A program made the translations under genes and the position numbers. This document shows positions 14,177 to 26,472 of a stretch of DNA of 64,000 nucleotides, piece after piece. Position 1 is the stretch's first letter, and every line of letters starts with the position of its first letter. Source of the DNA: Cladosporium halotolerans. Its lineage: Eukaryota. The notes beneath the pieces were generated by a model. The model was not told the DNA's origin, searched no databases, and saw only the letters and a list, made by a program, of their open reading frames with translations. The stretch lies in assembly GCF_011745625.1 (NCBI RefSeq), contig NW_027191458.1, positions 62,001 through 126,000 on the forward strand, in the 5' to 3' direction.

Positions 14177-15652
14177 GCGGCCTTCGAGAAGGACCGCAGT
14201 CATTGCGATGATGACGGGCCCGAGCGGCCTCCGTGAGGCTCGAACGAACGAGAGGACCATATCGAACAGCAACCAGCGGTGGCTAGTCGCACTAGCGCCG
14301 AGTTGGAAAGAGGGACGAAGAGGCAGAGTAGGCCGTCTGCCTGCGACCTGACGGCAGAGACTTCCGAGGCCGAGCACTAATGCTCCAGCAGAAAAGGCAG
14401 ACACCGGGGGGTTTAGAGTTGCCAGGGATCGCCTGGGTGCGCAATGACTCCCTCTAGGCGGACATAGCCATTGTCCAAATCGCAGCCAGGCAGCTGACCC
14501 AACCACAGCGTGCACGAAGTGAGGTCCGGCAGGCAGTTGCAGCGCGGGCGGCCAGCTAGTGGCCTCAGGCCGAAGGATGCCTGGGGAGCACGGACGCGCG
14601 CGCCCACCTAGCAGGCGGAGAGGGCGAGGACGGCGGTGGACGGGAGGGTCAACCGCGCGCTCAGCTGAGAGGGAAGTGAAGTTAACCACCGCAACCAACA
14701 CGGCCGTGCAGCATTGCGCCCCAATCACCCGTCGCCAGGCCGCTGCACGCAATCCGCTGCACTGCGGGGGCCAACACCAGACATCTCGGCTTGCGCGATC
14801 CCAGCCCGCGCGCGCTGCGGAGACGGCGAGCGGCCCTGTAGCCTTGTGCCCTACCGATTCGCCCAAGGATGCCAGGAACCACTCAACAGCCGTGCTAAAT
14901 GCCCTTCGACCTCACTAACCGCTCGTCACGACACCGACCCTCCCTTGCGCCCGCGGTGTCGCCGCCGCCGCCCTCCCCTTAGGTTCAGGCCGCAAAGTGA
15001 CTCCCGCCTGCCTCAGGCAAGCAGGCAACCTCCCACGCCTCGGCCGCCTCTCCCATCTGAACTCTGCCTTCCCTTCCCGCCCACCTGCGCCCCAGAGCCC
15101 GAAGCCATCCTCTCCTCTCCTCTCCCCATCCTGAAGCCCTCAAGCCCTCATCTCGTCATGCCCACGCCCGAGGCCAAAGCCAAAGCCTCCGCGCCCCACA
15201 CCCGCCCTGCACCGCCTCGAATCCTTCGAGGCATCCTCGCGGCGCAGCACTACCATCACGATCACGCTCGCGCAATAATCTACGCACCGCGAGATGATCG
15301 ATCGGCTAGCACGGCGCCGTTAGCCTCCGAGTAATAAGGCTGCGGTGCGCTGCACACAAGCCTCCCGGGCAGCTGGGCTGTGAACCGGCGGCACGTGCGC
15401 GGTGTTGTAAGTGAGCGAGAAGCGGTCGGCACGGTCGGGGCTTGGCGGGCGTGTGGCGCGGTGTTGGAGGTTCTTGTGCGATGCTTGAGGGTGCGTTTCG
15501 CGTGTTTTGGGCGCGGGTTGGTTTGCGGTCGGGCTGTTGGTGTTTCTGTTTCTGTGTTCGAGCGTCGTTTCATCTGGGGGTTTGCGACAGCTGCAACACG
15601 AAGGGGTGTTGGATTGACCTACTTCCGTACTCGGTAAAAGCTGACACTGTAG
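14177..15652 (+). ncRNA. Candidate long structured non-coding RNA locus (identity and strand uncertain)
   Basis: No credible long CDS. Dense local hairpins at 14177-14385 and 15214-15381, and nested long-range complementarity. GTAAGT (15407), GCTGAC (15640) and TAG (15652) form an intron-like unit. Confidence 0.3.
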
Positions 15653-15872
15653 TACATCGATAGGAGATTATTATGGAACGCGCCTACGCAGTCTGCACAG
15701 TGACGTGGGTGCGTAGATGTGAGAAAGTGGCTGATTTAGGTCAGGCTGTTCGCAAGAGAATATTCCCATGCTTGATCATGCCGATATGGCACTCTAGCTA
15801 TCGTGATATGTAAATGACATCAATACTCATTGACAATGCCGAAAATGCACCCATCAAACCACCTACCATCCA

Positions 15873-18800
15873 CTACTCCTCCTCCTCCTCGCTGCTCCCC
15901 TCGGCATCACTCCCACTCCCCTCCTCATCACTCTCCTCCTCATCCTCCCCCTCGACAGCCTCCAACCCATAATCGTCCTGAAAATCCTCCAACCCCCGAA
16001 CCTCAGCCGCAAACCCAGCCTTCTCGAAATTCCCCACCAACGCCTCCCTCATGATCGGCGCGCACGTCACCATCAAGTTCGCCTTCTTCGGATCGAACAC
16101 AGGCAGCATGTACTTCGCCATGGCGCCGCGGATCTCCTCGGGCGAGACGTCGCGCACGCGCGCCAGCATGCGGTGGCTCCAGTCCTTCTCGATGCCGCGG
16201 ACGACCTGGTTGACGTAGCTCAGCTCGGCGGCGGCGGACATGGTGGGCTGCTCGTTGGCCATGCCGAGGACGATCTCGGAGATGGCGCCCTCGAGGGCGA
16301 ACTTGTCGAGCTTGAGGGAGCCGCTGGCGTAGCCCTCGACCTGCGCTTTGGCCGCCGCGTAGGCCTTGTAGGCGTCGGGCGAGCGCGAGATGCGGAAGGT
16401 CAGCTTGCCTGTGTCGGCGGAGCGGGAGAAGTAGGTTCCGTAGGCGAGGCCGGTGCCGCGGACGGCGACCCACATGGGGCCTTCGACGGCGTCCATGTAG
16501 CTTTGCGCGACGAGGAGGGCGGGCAGGTCCGGGTGCGAGTAAGTGTCCGGGCCGTTGGAGACGAGCATGGCGAAGGAGGAGTCGATGGCGGGAATGGGGA
16601 TGATGTAGGCTGCGGAGCCAGGGTTCTTGCCCACGTCGCTGAGGCAGGCACGGCGGCTGTCGAGGGGCTCGAGGGGCTTGTCGGTGTCGAGAGTGGAGGT
16701 GAGGGACTTCCAGGCGGAGACGGGGTTGGGGAGGGTCTCGACGTTGGCGGCGACCTTGATGCGGAAGTTCTCCGGGCGGTGTAGCGAGGCACAGAGGGCG
16801 GTGAATTTCGCGACCACTTCTTCAGGGTTGTCTTTCAGAATCTTGCGCATGCGGCGGAGGTAGAGGGCCTTCGCGAGAGTGCTGCGTGCGCGAGAGCTAG
16901 AGTTGCGATCGAAGGCGACCATGAAGTGCGCGGCCATGAGCATGCTGTCGCCGCTGCGCTTCTCGTCCGGGATGTCTGCCAGGATCTTGGTGAGGGATGC
17001 GTGGAGTCTGACGGGGTCGTGGAGTGCATCGAAGAAAAGGATGCGGATCCATTCGATGACCTTCTGGTAGCCTGCAGGCTCGGTGTCGAAGGAAATGTTC
17101 AGCATCTCCGGGTTGGCGTGGTTAGACTGAATGCCGTAGCTGACCGTGTCTCGCTCAAGCTCCAGAACAACGTCCTCGAACTCAATGCGCTTACCATCCT
17201 TCTTGACAGGCGTGGTGAAGAAGTTCATCATGTACAGCGTGAGGAGCGGCTTGAGGTCAACGGGAACAGCTTGAGTGCACATCTCCAGCTTCACACGAAC
17301 GAAGTTCGAGGGGATATGCTCAAAGTGGATGAACAGCGGGGAGTCATTGTCGTCCTTGTCAATCAGAGCCTGGATCTCATTGTCGAGCTTTCCCATCTTC
17401 CTCGCAGATCCAGAGCGAGCGGTCACCGTCGGGATGAAGTGAACCGAATCCGTGCCAGGGACAGGGAATTGCTCCAGCACAGAGTCCGGAATAGGCTTGT
17501 CATTCTCAGCTTTGGCTTGAGCAAGCTTCTCCTCCAGCTCCTTCAATCCCTTCTCACCAAGCTTCTCACGCTGCGCCTGAACGCGTGCTTTTTCGTCGTT
17601 GGTGATCTTGTCGGAAAGTTCCTTGGAAGGAACGCCTAGGATGGACACATGGTGAGCATCGGACATCCACTTCGACAGGAAATCCCTCCACTGTCTGTCG
17701 GTCCATTTCAGCAAGTCGTCAAGCTCCTTGATAGTAGCCAATTCACGCAGGTCCTTGCCGTCACGACGGCCGAACAGGTGGTCCTCGATGATGGGATCGG
17801 CGAAGAACTCTCCAGCGTTCTCGCATCTAAGAAGAATTTGTCTACGCCAACGGTTGATGCAATCGCTCATGTATTCCATGTCGAACTCTTTCGCAGCGGT
17901 GTCCTTGAGAAGCTTAAACAAACGTGTCTCGACCGCTTCCAGCTGGTCGGTCTCGACGGCGGTCAGTGAGAACCAGATGGTCATGCTTGGTCTAAAGTCG
18001 GTGCTATAGTATACAGCGCTGCACAGCTGTTCGCGCTCAACGAGCGTATTCTCCATAACGGAGATGGAAGAACCACACATGTAGCTCAGCAAGACACTGA
18101 CAGCGGCACAGGCAATGTGATCATTGCAGTTGGGGCCAAGGAATCCGACCAGAATCTCGCCCATCGACTCATCCTCTTCGGGGAAGTTGATCGTGTCGAC
18201 GGTGGTCTCCTTAAGCGGAGGTGTTTGCTTGGAGTCTACCCAAGGTCTCGTGAAGGGATCCTCGAGCTTGGGTATATCGTCCAGAATTGTACCCTCGAAG
18301 TCGTCCAGGATATGGAGAAGGTTGTCATGGTCAACCTCACCCGTCAGAACGAGACACATGTTCTTTGGCTGGTACATAGCCTTGTGGAACTCGCGAATTC
18401 GATCGGCGGTGAGCACTCTCAACTGCTCCATCATGCCGCCTGTCTCGTACCTGAAGCCATCGCCTTCAGGGTACATGAGACGTTTTGCTCGCAACTCCAT
18501 CAACTCGCCCTGCTGGTTCTGCACACCCTGCATCTCCGAGTAGACGACACCAGCATCCTGACCCTCGCCATCGACGTGATGAACCTCGGTGTAGCAACCA
18601 GCATCAGTCAACGTTGGCACGATCAGATGCTCCAAGTACACCGGCAAGATCTGTGCAAAGCCATCCCAGCCAGCAGTCTCGAGAGTATATGCCGTCTGAT
18701 CGGTGGCGGTCCACGCGTTTGTAGTAGAGTAAGCGCGGGTGGCGAGTTTGTCCAGCAAGCCCTTGTAACGGTAAGACCGCGAGCCCATGAAACATAGGTG

Positions 18801-19010
18801 TTCCAGAGTATGCGGTGCGCCAGAGTCGTCATGGATCTCGGTGGCCAAGGCAAAGTAACCGCTTACTTTGGGGCCTTTCTGGTCGACAACGACGCAGCGC
18901 ATGCCAGTGCGGGTGGACTCATACTGCGTGACGGTAACGGGAGCGTATTCAAGCTGAAATTTTTGTATCGTCTTGAAATGTGGGCTCTGAGGCTCTTTGG
19001 CGGCTGGCAT
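15873..19010 (-). CDS. M16-family (insulinase/presequence protease-like) zinc metalloprotease, intronless
   Basis: Inverted zincin motif HTLEH in DDSGAPHTLEHLCFMGS, plus NAWT, GVVYSEMQ and VRGTGLAYG. About 1045 aa from the first ATG at 19010. Confidence 0.9.
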   Translation of the reverse strand: MPAAKEPQSPHFKTIQKFQLEYAPVTVTQYESTRTGMRCVVVDQKGPKVSGYFALATEIHDDSGAPHTLEHLCFMGSRSYRYKGLLDKLATRAYSTTNAWTATDQTAYTLETAGWDGFAQILPVYLEHLIVPTLTDAGCYTEVHHVDGEGQDAGVVYSEMQGVQNQQGELMELRAKRLMYPEGDGFRYETGGMMEQLRVLTADRIREFHKAMYQPKNMCLVLTGEVDHDNLLHILDDFEGTILDDIPKLEDPFTRPWVDSKQTPPLKETTVDTINFPEEDESMGEILVGFLGPNCNDHIACAAVSVLLSYMCGSSISVMENTLVEREQLCSAVYYSTDFRPSMTIWFSLTAVETDQLEAVETRLFKLLKDTAAKEFDMEYMSDCINRWRRQILLRCENAGEFFADPIIEDHLFGRRDGKDLRELATIKELDDLLKWTDRQWRDFLSKWMSDAHHVSILGVPSKELSDKITNDEKARVQAQREKLGEKGLKELEEKLAQAKAENDKPIPDSVLEQFPVPGTDSVHFIPTVTARSGSARKMGKLDNEIQALIDKDDNDSPLFIHFEHIPSNFVRVKLEMCTQAVPVDLKPLLTLYMMNFFTTPVKKDGKRIEFEDVVLELERDTVSYGIQSNHANPEMLNISFDTEPAGYQKVIEWIRILFFDALHDPVRLHASLTKILADIPDEKRSGDSMLMAAHFMVAFDRNSSSRARSTLAKALYLRRMRKILKDNPEEVVAKFTALCASLHRPENFRIKVAANVETLPNPVSAWKSLTSTLDTDKPLEPLDSRRACLSDVGKNPGSAAYIIPIPAIDSSFAMLVSNGPDTYSHPDLPALLVAQSYMDAVEGPMWVAVRGTGLAYGTYFSRSADTGKLTFRISRSPDAYKAYAAAKAQVEGYASGSLKLDKFALEGAISEIVLGMANEQPTMSAAAELSYVNQVVRGIEKDWSHRMLARVRDVSPEEIRGAMAKYMLPVFDPKKANLMVTCAPIMREALVGNFEKAGFAAEVRGLEDFQDDYGLEAVEGEDEEESDEEGSGSDAEGSSEEEEE

Positions 19011-19995
19011 GATCGCGGCAAAAGACCTTGTCCGTTTTGAAGGTGTGAAGAGCGATGCGGCGAACGATGACAGATGTTGCCTGCAACGGCTGCGGAAGAT
19101 AAACGCCACCGGGAAGATGTTGCCCGAGAACAAACGAACAAACACGAGATGCTTGCAGGAGACTCTACAGCGATAACGAACGGTGAAAGAGTTTGCGGAT
19201 TGTGTTTGTAGACGAGTGAATCAGGCTCTCGCTGGCGGTGCAAAAGCCGGAGAGCAGCTTCCCACCGTCAGCTGGCCGAACGTCACAGCCATCGCCGACG
19301 CCTCATGCCTGCATTGGCGAGATGGGCCACTTCATCCCATTCCGACCGCATACCGAGCGCGCATGGAGGTGGGACTGCACGTGATTGTCGCTGGCAGAGG
19401 GTACCGCCTTGGCAGCGAGCCGCAGGGCGATGTATGCGACAGGCATGCAGTGTGCCGCCGTCGCCGCGGTTGACATGTACTGTATGCGCGGCGCGGTACT
19501 CTTACGTTACGCCCGCAGGAAACCCAGCGAATTGCCTCGCAAATAGAAGACGCCCGCACACAATAATTGCATTCACTATACATATATGCCTGCTCATGAA
19601 CTGGCCACACGTGGGATGTCGTTCCTACGCGCAGGCGCTGCTCGATGTCGCTCGCTGCCGTTTACCCCACGTGCACATGCGTCTCCCAGCAATCTCGATA
19701 TAGAGCCCATGATACAATCCCCCGGCATCAGCCGGAGTTTCAAGGGCGCGAGCCTTTCCCCGGCCTTCGACCAAGCGAACGTTACCGCACTCCTTCGACG
19801 CGACAATCCAGACACTCCCTACAACCCCCAGCACACCAAATCCTCTCCATTGATCCGCGATCTGTACACGCGACGCCCGCGCGACATGCTTTGCGCGCCC
19901 ACCACCCGATAAGCTTCCCTACCTTCGATTGCTGCAGCTAGCCGGAACCAAACGTCTACACCAGGGGACTCCCGCGCGGCCCATCAATCACAACC

Positions 19996-22566
19996 ATGAG
20001 CTCTCTCTCGCATATCCTGAGCGCGCCGGACGAGCCCACGCCGCCTGCTCACGCCACGCCCGCGAAAGACATGCCTCCTCCCACGGGCAGTCAGCCTCCC
20101 AAGCAAGAGCAGCCCGCCGCAGAAACACCTCAAGGCGACCACGGCACGCCCAACGAGCAAGGCGACGAGCCAATGTATACTTCCACCACCACATCCACCA
20201 GGCGCAATGCGAGCGGGAGCGTGTCGTCAGTGTATTCGGGCAACAAGATCAGACACCTGAAGAAAGAAGACGGCATTCCCTTCTGGCGCAAAGACATCCA
20301 ATACGATTTTCTGAAGCTGGTCTTCTACGATCAGACGAAATGCTTTTCAAAGTACAGCGACGGTTCCTCGGGGTTCACCTTCGCGGAAATCTACATCGAC
20401 GCAATGGCGAAGAGCAGCAAGTGCAGCAAGATACTCAAGGAGAAGTTGCTGCAGGACACAGAGGGCGCGATCAGCATGGCCATGGTGTGTCTGCTGGTCA
20501 ATGTTGGTCGCATGAACACCACTCTGAACTGTAAGCTCCCAATGCGCAGGGAATGCCGAGCTGCATGCTAACAAACCCATCTAGTCTTCCCTGAGATGCG
20601 CGCCCAGTTACGAACATACCACTCGATCCCCGCGCTCCAGGCGCACCAAGATCCTAACGCCTACAAGCAGCTTCAAGATGCTCCGCGATTGAAGTCTATC
20701 TTGAAAGGCGCAACAGAAGATGACCCTCAGCCGTCCACATTGGAGGAAGTAAAAGCAGCGCAGAAACCTCGCACAAATCCCGTGAACCTCATCTTCGTCC
20801 TGGCGCAGTTTGCACCCAAGATCAGCGAAACACACTTCATCCCTCCCAGAGATTTCTACGATCTTGTCATGAGAGGCAGCCTCAGCAGCGCAAGCAGAGC
20901 TAGAGCATTCCTCTGGCTTGTCTGGTGGTATCTTGAGTCCGACTTTACCCTGGAAGACGCCCAGCGAAATCCATTTGGCGCTGGACGTTATGGCGAGAAC
21001 GAAGAAGGCACAGGCGCACTTCCGCTCAAGGTCCCCAACTTGGAGAGCCTGACCGAGGAACAGGCTGCGCTGGAGAACCTGGATACTGAAGAGGAACAGC
21101 TCTTCGGCGAGGTCAAGCGCAAAGAGCGCATTGCAATCTTGGCTAGCGAACCAAGCCCTGCAATGACTGCTCTCAAGAGAGCTAGAAAGGAGAAGGGTCT
21201 CGCATCTGGAGGCGCCCAGGGATACCGGTCCGAGGACGAAGGAAGCGAGGCTGGTTGGTATTCCAGGCCTTCCGGTACGTTATGCGACAAAGAAATGCTC
21301 TCCAAATCAAAGCTGACTTCAATCTCCCCAGTCACCTCTGCAGCACGCCACGCAGTCGGCGTCGACGGCGAAAGCGCGCACACCAAATCACCCTCGCCCG
21401 CCATCGGCCGGGGCTTCCAACCCGTCAACTCAGCAACCAAGCACCCACAAGACATGCGCATCAACACCCTCCTCAACGACGAAGGCAACCCAGAAGGCTC
21501 CCCTTCAACCACAACCCCCGTGCCTGTCAAAAAAGGCCCCGGACGCGGCAACTGGCGCCGCCACAAGAAAACCGACGCCTCGCCCGCAACCGGCCGCAGC
21601 GCCTCCGGCGAAGGCTCCCACCACGTCCCCCTCCTCCCCAACAACGGCTCCATGTTCGTCAACGAAAACCCCGCCACCCCAGGCTCAGCCTACGCCGCCT
21701 CCTTCGCCACCGCCAACTCCCCGCAACGCCTCGCCTTCCAACCCCCCACAACAGGCGACCACGTGCCAACACCCTCCTACCAAGCGCAAAAGCGCTCCCG
21801 CGGCGTAACCCAGCACCAAAACGCCCTCATCAACCACCGCCGGCAGCAAATCGACTACACGCTGGACCGGCGCATCCGGCGCCTGCACGTGCGGGCGCGC
21901 TCCACGCGCGAGAGCGAAGGCGCCTTCTTCCGCGCCTGGCGCCGCGTCAAAGCGATGCCGCCCGACTACGATTCGGAAGAGGAGACGATCCGGGCGCGCA
22001 AAGCGCGGGACCGCACGGAGGGCAAAGACGACGAGTGGCGGCGCGGCGGGGCCGGCTCGGAGGAGCAGGCGCGCGCGCTGCTGGCGGGGTTCGTGCGGGT
22101 GGAGGGCGAGGCGGCGGATTTGGGCGAGGAGGCGCGGGCGCTTGCGCGGGCGCTGAGGCGGGCGGGGAGGCGGTTGGATCGCTGGCAGGAGGCGGCTTTG
22201 CCGGGGCAGGCGGTTGTGAGGAGGCGGGAGAGGGAGGCGGGCGGGCTGTTGTATGCTTCGAGGGCGTGGGAGCAGGAGGCTGAGGGGGAGGGGTTGGAGG
22301 AGGAGGAGACGGTGGCGCCGGCGATTGTGGTCAATAAGAGAAGGGGGCCGAAGGGGCCACGGAAGAGTGCTGGGAAGGGGAAGGGGAAGGCGGCGGCTGC
22401 TGCTGCGGCGGCGGCGGTGGTGGAGGATGTGAATATGGAGGATGAGGTTGGGGAGGATGAAGGCGGCGGGGAGCTGGATGAGGAGGATAGGGAGATGCTT
22501 GGGGAGGTGGATGCGGATGCGGATGAGAGTGAGGAGGATGAGGACGAGACGATGGCTGATGAGTGA
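19996..22566 (+). CDS. IES1: INO80 chromatin-remodelling complex subunit Ies1; introns 20531-20584 and probably 21275-21331
   Basis: Motifs IRHLKKEDGIPFWRKDIQYDFL, NVGRMNTTLNFFPEMRAQLRTYHSIP, KQLQDAPRLKSILK and TNPVNLIF. Intron 1 is GTAAGC..CTAAC..TAG. Intron 2 is GTACGT..CTGAC..CAG (57 nt, in frame). Confidence 0.9.
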
Positions 22567-22853
22567 GTGAGCGAGCCTGACGGGCCTGTGCCTGTCTCGT
22601 TTGTGGATGGCTTGTGAGGTGCTGCTTCTGTTTTCCTAGACTGCGTATCTTTGCGGTCCTCACTCGAAAGGTCGAGTGTTGATCTTGATAGCTCTTGGAA
22701 AACGACTTCTTGAGCTGCAGAACTTTTGTATGAACATTAAAAGAGTCTCTAAGGTACTTGACTAAAAGGTCCGGATATCATCACTTCAAACATCCTTGCG
22801 CAATGCATCTATCAAAAACCTTCCCTCTCAACTCATGACCAGTAAAATCAACT

Positions 22854-24882
<2,029 letters not shown>

Positions 24883-25180
24883 TCACTGCCGACCACAGTT
24901 GCGAGTCGTCATCGCTGCAGGAACGTCACTTGCATGCTGCGACGTCTGCTTTGGCAGCATGTCACGTGGCATCCACCGCATTCATCTCAATAGCCCACTA
25001 CCTCCTCCACCGGCTGCCCATTGCCGAAGCATATACCGACGGCTAAGTACTGTTCCTGACCGCACCTACATATCACCATCTTTGCGCGCACTCCAATCTC
25101 CAACACTCCATAAGCGATCGCATCCCTCTCATCTCGCTAGCGCCCAAACCAAGTCCAGATTTACCACCAAGCCCAAGACC

Positions 25181-25753
25181 ATGCGCATCCCGTACGCCCC
25201 GACCACCCCGGCCGACCCCACGCCTGAGCATGAAGCCATCTACGAGCGTATCGCTGCCCGCCGAAACCCGCGGCCTCTGATCCCGCTCGACCTGGCCCTC
25301 CTGCACAACCCTAGCATAGCAGATGGCTACAACAGCCTCGTCGGCGCCATCCGCACCAAGTCCTCGCTCAGCCAGGCCATCATGGAGCTGAGCATCTGCT
25401 ACATCGCCGTGCTGACCAACGCCGTGTACGAGTGGAAAGCGCACGCCGTGCTCGCGCTAAAGGCGGGTGTTTCGCCCGAGAAGCTGGAGAAGGTGCTTGC
25501 GAAGGAGAGGGCGTGGGAAGGATTTAATGAGCTGGAGAAAGCGGTGCTGGAGTACACGGAGGAGAGCACTGTCAAGGTTGCTGTGAGCGATGAGATTTTT
25601 GAGAGGACTAGGCTGTTGCTTGGTGAGGATCAGAAGATTATGGAGCTGCAGATTACCATTGGCGCGTACAACATGGTCAGCCGGTTTTTGGTCGGCTTGG
25701 ATGTTACGGAGAACAATGGCGGGAAGATGGAGGTGCCGGTCTTGGAGAAATAG
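25181..25753 (+). CDS. Carboxymuconolactone decarboxylase / AhpD-like protein (190 aa)
   Basis: MRIPY...LIPLDLALLH...ELSICYIAVLTNAVYEWKAH...TIGAYNMVSRFLVGLDV is typical of fungal CMD-like proteins. ATG is in ACC context. Confidence 0.85.
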   Translation: MRIPYAPTTPADPTPEHEAIYERIAARRNPRPLIPLDLALLHNPSIADGYNSLVGAIRTKSSLSQAIMELSICYIAVLTNAVYEWKAHAVLALKAGVSPEKLEKVLAKERAWEGFNELEKAVLEYTEESTVKVAVSDEIFERTRLLLGEDQKIMELQITIGAYNMVSRFLVGLDVTENNGGKMEVPVLEK

Positions 25754-26472
25754 CCTTGGAAATACCGCTTACGAAGTACGACATGGTAATGACGAGTTTT
25801 TACCCACACACTCCTCCTAGCTCAAGCGTCTTACCTCTTCAGAAAGAATGACTTTAGGCAAGAAAGCTCATGACAAGCCGCAAACAAGCTAACAACGTCA
25901 GGAATGCCCGATCGCTTGCGCATTGCATCGCGAAAGCGGGGTCATTACATTCCTCAAGACAATGCCATTGTCACGGGTCGGGCCCAAAACTCCAGCACTG
26001 GAATGCACGCGTCGATCGCTCGCGATGCAGCGAGGCAAACACCCACATTGCTGCTCACCTGCAAGCGTTCGAGTCACGCAGCGTAGCTCGTGGATCGCGG
26101 TAGACGCGCATGACAACTCGTTTGCTCCGTTCCAGGTATCGAACCACAGGATGGAGGGGCGCAAATAATCGCAACAGCGCGAACGCTCTAGCCCTCCCGA
26201 CCACCTACTCAACATAAGACCGCGCCGCGGAGACACCATCGCCGGACAAGAACAACAAAGCCGACAATCTCACATCAAGAGCCCACGCCGCATGCGGCTA
26301 CCCACCGCACAACAAAGAAACAATATGTGCATCCCATCGAAAAACGACCCAAGCCTCTCCCATGTCTCACGCGCCGATCCCCTGACAGGCATCATCACGA
26401 ACCGGATTCCCAAGCATCCCTGGACCAACTGAGTAACCACCATCGCTCCCCAAAACAAACCGACACAACGAC

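Noticed and set aside
14405..14418. CTAAACCC on the minus strand as a possible telomerase template
   Set aside because: It lacks the repeated alignment segment (it continues CCC, not TAA) and lies on the opposite strand to the P6.1-like hairpin.
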